A stretch of 32,000 bases of DNA, from assembly GCF_000012905.2 (NCBI RefSeq), contig NC_007493.2:1770001-1802000 (forward strand). Reading direction: 5' to 3'. Under the pieces are notes generated by a model that made no database searches, was not told the origin of the DNA, and saw nothing but the letters and a program-made list of their open reading frames with translations. The translations under genes and the position numbers were made by a program. Source of the stretch: Cereibacter sphaeroides 2.4.1 (lineage in GTDB: Bacteria; Pseudomonadota; Alphaproteobacteria; Rhodobacterales; Rhodobacteraceae). Every line of letters begins with the position of its first letter. Within the stretch, counting starts at the first letter, position 1. This document shows, piece by piece, positions 24,370-31,083 of this stretch.

Positions 24370-27036
24370 TCAGGCGGCGGTGGCCTGACAGGCGGCAGCG
24401 GTGCGTTCCAGCGTCGCGGGCAGGCTCTCGAGCGCGCGCGCGGCCTCAGCCGTGTTCGACGCGTCGGCTGCCGTTTCGTAGCTCGCAAGGCTGCGGTGCA
24501 GCGCCATGAGGCCCACGGCCGCCGCCGCCCCCGCCGTCCGGTGCGCGAGCTTGGCGGCCGCCAGATGATCGCCCGCCTCGTGCAGGCGCCGCATCTCGGG
24601 GAGCGCGTCGCCCGTCTCGCTCAGCACCCTGCCGATCATGCCCGCGATATAATCGGGCCCGAGATTGCCCTCGAGGTCGGCCCGCAGCTCGGCGTCGATC
24701 AGCGGCAGATCGTCGGGTGGCGGGTCGCCAGCGGGGAGCACCTCCTCGACCGCGGCGCTGGTTTCCGTGAACTGGCGGATGGCGCGAAACAGCGCCGAGC
24801 GCGTGATGGGCTTCACCAGCACGTCATTCATGCCGGCTGCGAGGAAGTCGGGGACACGGTCCGGGTCGGCATGGGCCGTGGCACCGAGGATGGGCGTGTC
24901 GGTCGAGGCGCCGGCCCGCCGGATCCGTCGCGTGGCCTCGAGCCCGTCCACGCGCGGCATCGAGACATCCATCAGGATCAGGTCGAAGCGGCGGGCGCCA
25001 GCCGCCTCGGCCGCCTCGGCGCCATCCTCGGCCGTCGCCACCTCGTGCCCCGCCATCCGCAGGATCTCGGCGAGGAGCTGACGGTTGATCGCATTGTCAT
25101 CGACCACGAGGATCGCGCGGGCGCCGTCCCCGGCCGATGGCGCATCCTCCGCGAACTCCTCCTGGGCCGCCTCGGCCCCCTGCGCCACGGGCAGCTGCAG
25201 GCGAAGCGTGAAGACGGATCCGAGCCCCAGCTTGCTCTGGACGTCGATCTGCCCGCCCATGGTCTCGGCGGCGAGCTTGGCGATGCCGAGGCCGAGGCCC
25301 GTCCCTTCGCGGATGCGCCCGTAGGAGGCGTCGAGCGTCTCGAAATTGCGGAAGATCGTGTCGAGATGCTCCTCCGCAATGCCGATGCCCGTATCGCCCA
25401 CATGGATGCAGAGGTCGACGGTGCCGGACGTGCGGCCCGGGTGCCAGAGCAGCTCGACCGAGACCTTGCCATTGTCGGTGAACTTGATGGCATTGCCGAT
25501 CAGGTTGTACATCACCCGCAGGAACAGGTGGCGCTGCCCGAGCACGGGCGGCACCGGGTTCTTGGGCTGCGCGAACCACAGCTTGTTGCCGCGCTTGTCG
25601 GCCTGCGGCTGGTTCTGCCGGATCAGCCCCTCGATGAGATCCACCGGCGAGAAGACCGTGCGGGCGTAGCTCGCGCCGTCCTTGTCCGACAGCCGCGTCA
25701 GCTCGAGCACGTTGTTCACCTGATCGAGTGCCGCCGAGCCGCAGCCGATCACGATGTCGGTGAGCCAGCGCTGTCTGTCGGTGAGATCCGTCGAGGTCTG
25801 CAGCAGGTCGGAGGCAGCCATCAGCCCGTTGAGCGGCGTCCGCATCTCGTGGCTCATGACCGCGAGGAAGCGCGACTTGGCCTCTTCGCCCTTCAGCGCG
25901 TCATTGCGCGCCTTCTTCAGGCTCTCCTCACGCTCGAGCCGCTCGGAGATGTCGCGGATGAAGGCGATGAAGAACGGATCCTGCGACGCGCCCTGCGCCT
26001 CGGCCACCGAGACCTCGACCGGGAAGGTCGAGCCGTTCGTGCGCTGCGCCATCATCGTAATGCGCCCGTCGCGCCCGGTCGGGTTCAGCTCCGCCTCTTC
26101 CTCGCCCCGCGCGTGAGGACGCAGCAACCCGTCAGCATCGTCCGTGCGGATATAGTCGACGAAATTCGTGCCTTCGGCCGTCTGCGGCGACCAGCGGAAC
26201 ATGTCCAGCGCCGCACGGTTACATTCGACCACCCGCCCCATGTGGTCGAGCACCACCACCGCATCCAGCGAGGATTCGATGGTGGCGCGCAGGTTGTGGA
26301 CCGACCGTTCGAGCAGCATTCCGCGGCGACGGCGGGCGTTGCTCTGCACGATCACCACGGCGATCAGCACCCCCATCAGCCCCAGAAGTCCGAGGGCCGC
26401 CAGTGCGAACGTCTGGAGCGACTGGCGCAGCGTCGCGCGCCGCGCGTCCGAGACGGTCATCACTTCCCCGAGCGCGCGCACCACGCCCGAGCGGACCGAT
26501 CCCGCATCCCTCTCGAGCTCCCCGATCAGCTGCGGAAGAGCGGCTCTCAGGTCCGCATCCGGCCCGTCGATGACGGGGATCCAGCGGGCGAAGAACCCCT
26601 CCGGCCCGTCGAAGATCGGCAGCACGTCGGCCTCGAGCGGTGCAATGGTGCCGCTTTCGAATCCGCGGACGATGTCCACGCGGCTGTAGAGGATGTCGAA
26701 CCTCTTGCGGAGCTCGTCGAGTCGGGCCGGATCGTCCGACCGATAGGCGGCCATCTGCGCCGCCGAGGCGAGATTCAGCACATCCACCTCGAACTGCGCG
26801 AGCACCCAGGTCCGGTTGTCGAGATGGGCGACCCGATTCTGCTCGAGCTGCTTGTCGATGTCGGAAAAGATGAAGATCGCCGCCACCAGAGCCGTGACGC
26901 CGACCGCGAGGACGAGCACATACCCCGTCCAGCGCTCGAACACGCCCCCCGGAGCCGTGTCGCGGCTTTCGGAGAACATGGCCTGAACCTCTGCTCCCCG
27001 CTCGCCTCCGTCCGGTATGCGGGGGCGCTCGGTCAT
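24370..27036 (-). CDS. Hybrid sensor histidine kinase: TM - ~150-aa periplasmic domain - TM - PAS - HisKA - HATPase - REC - Hpt (888 aa)
   Basis: - TM helices: YVLVLAVGVTALVAAIFIF and FALAALGLLGLMGVLIAVVIV.
- H-box: FLAVMSHEMRTPLNG.
- N-box: NLIGNAIKFT.
- G-boxes: DTGIGI and GTGLGLGI.
- Receiver: ILVVDDN...DLILMDVSMP...VLVKP.
- C-terminal Hpt: LAHRTAGAAAAVG.
- The start ATG overlaps the stop of the upstream gene (ATGA). Confidence 0.92.
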   Translation of the reverse strand: MTERPRIPDGGERGAEVQAMFSESRDTAPGGVFERWTGYVLVLAVGVTALVAAIFIFSDIDKQLEQNRVAHLDNRTWVLAQFEVDVLNLASAAQMAAYRSDDPARLDELRKRFDILYSRVDIVRGFESGTIAPLEADVLPIFDGPEGFFARWIPVIDGPDADLRAALPQLIGELERDAGSVRSGVVRALGEVMTVSDARRATLRQSLQTFALAALGLLGLMGVLIAVVIVQSNARRRRGMLLERSVHNLRATIESSLDAVVVLDHMGRVVECNRAALDMFRWSPQTAEGTNFVDYIRTDDADGLLRPHARGEEEAELNPTGRDGRITMMAQRTNGSTFPVEVSVAEAQGASQDPFFIAFIRDISERLEREESLKKARNDALKGEEAKSRFLAVMSHEMRTPLNGLMAASDLLQTSTDLTDRQRWLTDIVIGCGSAALDQVNNVLELTRLSDKDGASYARTVFSPVDLIEGLIRQNQPQADKRGNKLWFAQPKNPVPPVLGQRHLFLRVMYNLIGNAIKFTDNGKVSVELLWHPGRTSGTVDLCIHVGDTGIGIAEEHLDTIFRNFETLDASYGRIREGTGLGLGIAKLAAETMGGQIDVQSKLGLGSVFTLRLQLPVAQGAEAAQEEFAEDAPSAGDGARAILVVDDNAINRQLLAEILRMAGHEVATAEDGAEAAEAAGARRFDLILMDVSMPRVDGLEATRRIRRAGASTDTPILGATAHADPDRVPDFLAAGMNDVLVKPITRSALFRAIRQFTETSAAVEEVLPAGDPPPDDLPLIDAELRADLEGNLGPDYIAGMIGRVLSETGDALPEMRRLHEAGDHLAAAKLAHRTAGAAAAVGLMALHRSLASYETAADASNTAEAARALESLPATLERTAAACQATAA

Positions 27037-27560
27037 GGGTGCACGGTCAACCTGTCGAGCTGCCAGATGCTCTGACCGTAGGTCACCTCGGAGCGGTAGC
27101 GCGCATCCTCGTCATACGGGAAGATCACCCAGAGCGGCCCCTTCTCGCGGCGCGAGAAGGTCGCGCCGTCAATGTGATAGGCGATGATCGGGGCATCGTC
27201 CTCGATGGCGGAGGCGGGGATCTCTACGGCATAATCGTTGACGGCCACCGCCGAGACCGAGGCATCTTTGGCGGCCCCGAGCCGCTCGAGCAGCGTCCGC
27301 AGCGGCACGCCCTCGAACTCGTGCACGCCTTCGGTCCAGACCGTGGAGGTCTGGAAGCTGCGCGCTGGCAGCGACCGAAGCATCGGCAGATCGAACTCCG
27401 CCCGTCCCTCGGCATTCGTGACGCCGATGGCGCCCTGAACGGTGAGGAGCGGAGCCTCGACCGGGGCCGGCAGGACATCCGTCTGGGTCGCGAGGGCCGG
27501 AGCACCCGCGGCCGAGACAGCCAGAACAAGAGCCAGGAAGTTACCCGCGGCTAGGGTCAT
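27033..27560 (-). CDS. Secreted small protein resembling the molybdopterin-binding domain of YedY/MsrP-sulfite-oxidase enzymes but lacking the Mo-ligand Cys (175 aa)
   Basis: ATG 27560 has a GGAG RBS. The signal peptide is MTLAAGNFLALVLAVSAAGAPALA. The motif pattern LLTVQGAI...FDLPMLRSLP...TSTVWTEGVHEFEGVPLRTLLERLG...VAVNDYAVEIP...IIAYHIDG...GPLWVIFPY parallels that fold. The mature protein contains no cysteine. The similarity is judged by eye, not by search. Confidence 0.65.
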   Translation of the reverse strand: MTLAAGNFLALVLAVSAAGAPALATQTDVLPAPVEAPLLTVQGAIGVTNAEGRAEFDLPMLRSLPARSFQTSTVWTEGVHEFEGVPLRTLLERLGAAKDASVSAVAVNDYAVEIPASAIEDDAPIIAYHIDGATFSRREKGPLWVIFPYDEDARYRSEVTYGQSIWQLDRLTVHP

Positions 27561-27844
27561 TCCACATCTCCATTGCACAAATGCCCTCGCGAGCATCAAT
27601 ACCAAGCAAGCTTTGCTTAGACAGCACCGCTTAAGAATGCGCTAATATACCTAAGCATATATACTGACCCAACGAATGTCATGAAATCGGCGCGGGAGAG
27701 TAGAGCCATGCCACGCCACTTGTCTCTTTTCATTTTTTCGGATGTGTGCAGCTTATGGAGGGAAGGCTCGACTTTTCGGAGACTACTCCTCCGGCACGGC
27801 CGAGGCCCCCGAAGGTTTGCGTGCAGGATAGAAGCGAGCGTATC
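27561..27844. promoter_or_regulatory. AT-rich divergent control region between the sensor operon and the response-regulator gene
   Basis: GC content is visibly much lower than the flanking DNA. It contains:
- the palindrome AAGCAA-GCT-TTGCTT (27604-27618);
- the arms GCTTAG (27615-27620) and CTAAGC (27651-27656);
- TAATAT and TATACT -10-like hexamers (27643-27648, 27660-27665);
- a T-run at 27727-27738.
No confident -35/-10 pair could be assigned. Confidence 0.5.
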
Positions 27845-28477
27845 ATGACCCAGACGCCCCAAAAGCTCAGCGTTCTCATTGCCGACGATCACGAGATGGT
27901 CGTCGAGATGTTCTCGCTCTTTTTGACCGCATCCTCGGAGATGACCGTGAAGACCGCCAAGAGCCTCGACGAGGCTCTCGAGCGGATCAAGGAACACGGG
28001 CCCTTCGACGTCACCCTTCTCGATCTGAACATGCCCGGAATGAACGGGGTCGCCGGCCTCGTGCGGGCGATCAAGCTGTCCGCGGGCAAGCCGGTCGCGA
28101 TCCTGACCTCGAACCCGACCCCGCGGATGGTGGATGAGATCCTTGCTACCGGCGCCTCGGGGATCGTGCTCAAGACGACGCCGGTGCGCAGCCTCGGCAA
28201 TGCGATCCGGTTCATGCATGCGGGCGAGCATTACCTGCCGCTCGAGCTGGCGCGTGATCGGCGCCAGGCCCCCGACAGCTCGGGCGGACGGCTTACGGAA
28301 AAGGAGATGCTCGTCATGTCCTATCTGGCGGAAGGCCGCCAGAACAAGGAGATAGCGCACGGGCTTAATCTTGCCGAACCGACGATCAAGATGCATGTGA
28401 AGTCGATCTGCAAGAAGCTGGGCGCCACGAACCGCACGCAGGCCGTGGTGACGGCACGCAATCTCGGCATCATCTGA
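27845..28477 (+). CDS. Two-component response regulator, NarL/FixJ (LuxR-HTH) family (210 aa)
   Basis: Receiver motifs are VLIADDHE, TLLDLNMPGMNG (phospho-Asp), AILTSN and IVLKT. The LuxR HTH is LTEKEMLVMSYLAEGRQNKEIAHGLNLAEPTIKMHVKSICKKLGATNRTQAV. ATG 27845 is preferred over the track start at 27746. Confidence 0.9.
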   Translation: MTQTPQKLSVLIADDHEMVVEMFSLFLTASSEMTVKTAKSLDEALERIKEHGPFDVTLLDLNMPGMNGVAGLVRAIKLSAGKPVAILTSNPTPRMVDEILATGASGIVLKTTPVRSLGNAIRFMHAGEHYLPLELARDRRQAPDSSGGRLTEKEMLVMSYLAEGRQNKEIAHGLNLAEPTIKMHVKSICKKLGATNRTQAVVTARNLGII

Positions 28478-28513
28478 GCGGCTTCGACACCTTCCGGACC
28501 TCTCATCGAGTAT

Positions 28514-28532
28514 CCGGCCACCCTTTGGCCGG
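28514..28532 (+). terminator. Hairpin after the response-regulator gene (weak terminator candidate)
   Basis: CCGGCCA-ccctt-TGGCCGG, a 7-bp stem 37 nt after the stop. No U-tract follows. Confidence 0.3.
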
Positions 28533-28633
28533 TCACCGCGCGCGGCGGCGGGACTCTCGTCCGCTTCTGCGCCAGGCACCTGCCGCTTCGGGATCGAGCG
28601 TCGCGCCCCCTCGGCGGAAGCCGTGCAGGCAAG

Positions 28634-28666
28634 CTGCGGGAACGACGCCGAACGCCGCTCCCGCAG
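28634..28666 (-). terminator. Hairpin immediately after the DUF892 gene (terminator candidate)
   Basis: CTGCGGGA (28634-28641) pairs with TCCCGCAG (28659-28666), with further imperfect inner pairing. It starts 5 nt after the stop on the - strand. The T-tract (CTT) is poor. Confidence 0.35.
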
Positions 28667-28670
28667 TCCG

Positions 28671-29171
28671 TCACGCCGCGCGGTTCAGGCGGGCCTCGGC
28701 CAGCTTCGTGAGCTTCATGTCGGCCGCCTTCTCCTCGGACAGGGTCTGCTCGAGGATCGACGCCACTTCCGGGCGCCCCAGTTCCTTCGACCAGGCGATG
28801 AGCGTGCCGTAGCGGGTCATTTCGTAATGTTCGACCGCCTGGGCCGCGGCGGCGAGGGCCGCATCCAGCACGTCCTGCTCGGCGATATCGCCCGCCACTT
28901 CATTGGCTTCCTTGATGATCCCGTCGATCGCGGGACAGGTCGTGCCCTTAGCATCCTGCCCCAGCAGGGCGAAGACGCGCTCGAGCCGCGAGACATGGGT
29001 GCGGGTCTCGTCGAGATGATGCTCGAACCCCTCGCGCAGGCCGGCGTCGCCCGCCTTCTCGATCATCTTCGGCAGCGCCTTCTCGATCTGCTGCTCGGCG
29101 TAGTAGATGTCCTGCAGCATGTGGGTATAGAGATCGTCCATCGAACGGATGTCTTTCGAGAACAAAGCCAT
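28671..29171 (-). CDS. Ferritin-like DUF892 / YciE-YciF family stress protein (166 aa)
   Basis: LYTHMLQDIYYAEQQIEKALPKMIEKA...LREGFEHHLDETRTHVSRLERVF...AAAQAVEHYEMTRYGTLIAWSKELG is the YciE/YciF four-helix pattern. An AAGGAG RBS lies 7 nt upstream. Confidence 0.85.
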   Translation of the reverse strand: MALFSKDIRSMDDLYTHMLQDIYYAEQQIEKALPKMIEKAGDAGLREGFEHHLDETRTHVSRLERVFALLGQDAKGTTCPAIDGIIKEANEVAGDIAEQDVLDAALAAAAQAVEHYEMTRYGTLIAWSKELGRPEVASILEQTLSEEKAADMKLTKLAEARLNRAA

Positions 29172-29195
29172 ATGGCATCTCCTTCATGTCGGTTG

Positions 29196-29218
29196 CGAAC
29201 GTTCGGCAAGGCCTTGCC
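29196..29218. repeat. Two abutting perfect palindromes in the DUF892 leader: CGAACGTTCG and GGCAAGGCCTTGCC
   Basis: The 10-bp palindrome is at 29196-29205 and the 14-bp palindrome at 29205-29218. Both lie between the ECF-type promoter and the RBS. Confidence 0.8.
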
Positions 29219-29235
29219 CACCGGATCGCCTGACG

Positions 29236-29260
29236 AACGGGGGGCAGTGGGGAATGTTCC
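29236..29260 (-). promoter_or_regulatory. ECF-sigma-type promoter GGAAC-N16-CGTT upstream of the DUF892 gene
   Basis: The - strand reads GGAACattccccactgcccccCGTT. This is an exact match to the alphaproteobacterial EcfG/SigT general-stress consensus GGAAC-N16/17-CGTT. The -10 ends about 65 nt upstream of the ATG at 29171. Confidence 0.55.
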
Positions 29261-29339
29261 CGCCGGTGCCCGCAAAGCGGCCGGATACGGCCCATCAAGC
29301 CGCTTTACTCGGCGAACTGCGCTCGCCTAGTGTCTGCGG

Positions 29340-30026
29340 ATGGATATCGGGCTTGTCATTTTCGATTGCGACGGGGTTCTGGTCGATTCGGAAGTTCTGG
29401 CCGTGGCCGTCCTCATCGCAGAGCTGGACCGGGCGGGCGCGCGGGTCGACGAGGCCTTCGTGCATCGGCATTTTCTTGGCCGCAGCTTCCCGGTCGTTCA
29501 GGAGGTCGTTCAGCGCCAGTTCGGCGTGACCCTGCCCGAAACTTTTCAGGCCGGGGAACGCGCCCGGCTGCTGGCGGCCTTCGAGACCGGCCTCCGGGCC
29601 ATGCCCGGCGCGGCGGAGACCGTCCGCGCGCTGGCGGTGCCCTTCTGCCTCGCCACGTCGAGCACGCCGGCCCGGCTCACGCGCTCGCTCGAGATCACGG
29701 GCCTTGCCGCCCTCTTCGAGGGGCGCTGCTTCACCGCGAGTCAGGTGGCGCGGGGCAAGCCCGCGCCCGATCTGTTCCTGCTCGCCGCGGCCGAGATGGG
29801 CGTCGCGCCCGCACGCTGCCTCGTGATCGAGGATACCGAGCCCGGCGTGCGCGCAGGCCTCGCGGCCGGGATGCAGGTCTGGCGCTTCACCGGCGGCAGC
29901 CATTTCGCGAACCGATCCCCCGAGGATGCGCCCGATGCCCGGCCGCACCGGCGGTTCGACAGCTTCGACCGTTTCTACGAGACCCTGCCCGGCCTGCGCC
30001 GGGCCAACTGCGAGATCCTGACATGA
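29340..30026 (+). CDS. HAD-superfamily hydrolase/phosphatase, subfamily IA (228 aa)
   Basis: Motif I is [11 protein letters not shown], motif II is LATSS, motif III is RGKPAPD and motif IV is [12 protein letters not shown]. Confidence 0.88.
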   Translation: MDIGLVIFDCDGVLVDSEVLAVAVLIAELDRAGARVDEAFVHRHFLGRSFPVVQEVVQRQFGVTLPETFQAGERARLLAAFETGLRAMPGAAETVRALAVPFCLATSSTPARLTRSLEITGLAALFEGRCFTASQVARGKPAPDLFLLAAAEMGVAPARCLVIEDTEPGVRAGLAAGMQVWRFTGGSHFANRSPEDAPDARPHRRFDSFDRFYETLPGLRRANCEILT

Positions 30027-30976
30027 TCGACCGGCCCGAGAGCGAGCCGACGCCCCTCGACGACGCCGCACGCGCGGGCTGGCTCTATTACGTCGCAGGC
30101 CTGACGCAAGACCAGATCGCGCGGGAACTCGGCACCTCGCGCCAGAGGGCGCAGCGACTGGTGAGCCGGGCCATCTCCGAACGGCTGATCCATGTCCGGC
30201 TCGAGCATCGGGTCTCGGGCTGCCTGCATCTGGAAGCCGCTCTGATCCGACGCTTCGGGCTGAAGCTGGCCCGCGTGGCGCCGAGCCTCGGGTCCGAGGT
30301 GGATCCCCTGCCCTCCATCGCCCCCACCGCCGCCGCCGAGGTGGAGCGGGTGCTGCGCTCGGAGCGGCCGATGGTGGTGGCCTTCGGCACCGGCCGGTCG
30401 CTGCGCGCCACCGTCGAGGAGATGACCTCGATGGTCTGCGAGCAGCACAAGATCGTGTCGCTCAACGGGAATATCTCGGCGGATGGCTCGGCCTCCTACT
30501 ACGATGTGATCTTCCGCATCGCCGACCGTGTGCGCGCGCCGCACTATCCGATGCCGATGCCCGTCATCGCGCAGGATGCGGCGGAGCGGGAGCTGTTTCA
30601 TGCGCTGAAGCCCGTGCAGTCGGTGCTGCGGCTTGCCCGCAATGCCGATGTGACCTTCGTCGGGCTGGGACAGATGGGCGAGGACGCGCCGCTCCTGAAG
30701 GACGGGTTCATCACGCCCGACGAACTGGCCGAGATGCAGGAGCTGGGCGCGGTCGGAGAGGTGGCGGGATGGGTCTTCGACTCGGAGGGCCGCTACCTCG
30801 AAACCAGCATCAATCAGCGAGTTGCGGGCGTCCGTGTCGAACTTTCCGAGGATCGGACAGTGGTCGCCATCGCAGGCGGCAGACGCAAGCTCGCGGCGCT
30901 GCACGCAGGCCTAAGGGGCCGTCTTTTCAACGGCCTGATCACCGACGAGCTCACGGCGCAGGCACTTCTGTCCTGA
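30023..30976 (+). CDS. smoC: SorC/DeoR-family sugar-binding transcriptional regulator (317 aa), polyol-operon regulator-like
   Basis: The N-terminal HTH is [36 protein letters not shown], followed by a sugar-binding domain. The ATG overlaps the HAD stop (ATGA). It lies directly upstream of a polyol-type ABC binding protein. The symbol is by analogy with the R. sphaeroides smo operon, from memory. Confidence 0.75.
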   Translation: MIDRPESEPTPLDDAARAGWLYYVAGLTQDQIARELGTSRQRAQRLVSRAISERLIHVRLEHRVSGCLHLEAALIRRFGLKLARVAPSLGSEVDPLPSIAPTAAAEVERVLRSERPMVVAFGTGRSLRATVEEMTSMVCEQHKIVSLNGNISADGSASYYDVIFRIADRVRAPHYPMPMPVIAQDAAERELFHALKPVQSVLRLARNADVTFVGLGQMGEDAPLLKDGFITPDELAEMQELGAVGEVAGWVFDSEGRYLETSINQRVAGVRVELSEDRTVVAIAGGRRKLAALHAGLRGRLFNGLITDELTAQALLS

Positions 30977-31004
30977 AACCGCCAAAAGGCGCGGCAAAAA
31001 GTAT

Positions 31005-31060
31005 TTGACAGGCTGGCACCCCTCGGTGAGTAATTATTCGCCGCACGAAATAATGCTCAC
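31005..31060 (+). promoter_or_regulatory. Candidate promoter plus operator in front of the ABC binding-protein gene
   Basis: TTGACA is at 31005-31010. An AT-rich inverted repeat follows: GTGAGTAATTATT (31026-31038) and AATAATGCTCAC (31049-31060). The left arm overlaps the expected -10 region. The GGGAGGA RBS and ATG 31084 follow. Confidence 0.5.
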
Positions 31061-31083
31061 CGTGCAGGCCAGGGAGGATACTG

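Noticed and set aside
23821-27075. A 1084-aa + strand ORF lies opposite the hybrid histidine kinase.
   Set aside because: It is antisense to a CDS with a complete set of kinase, receiver and Hpt motifs. Its translation is Arg-rich with no recognisable domain.
27681-27848. A 55-codon upstream ORF whose TGA overlaps the response-regulator ATG (ATGA).
   Set aside because: - There is no RBS.
- It is rich in rare codons for this genome (AGA, AGG, ATA, TTA, CTA, GTA).
- Its translation is Arg-rich, so it is more likely non-coding leader.
- Ribosome profiling could revisit this.
29330-30976. A 548-aa ORF spans the HAD gene (out of frame) and the SorC regulator. Upstream extensions are also offered by the track for fliD (7117), fleQ (10101), rpoN (5398), fliQ (248), motF (2497), the periplasmic protein (27605) and the response regulator (27746).
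   Set aside because: - The extensions start at non-ATG codons.
- They lack homology to the family N-termini.
- They have poor GC3 or run through promoters.
- Internal ATGs with RBSs give canonical N-termini.
31014-31019. TGGCAC hexamer in the smoE upstream region.
   Set aside because: No TTGC follows at the required 5-nt spacing, so it is not a sigma-54 promoter.
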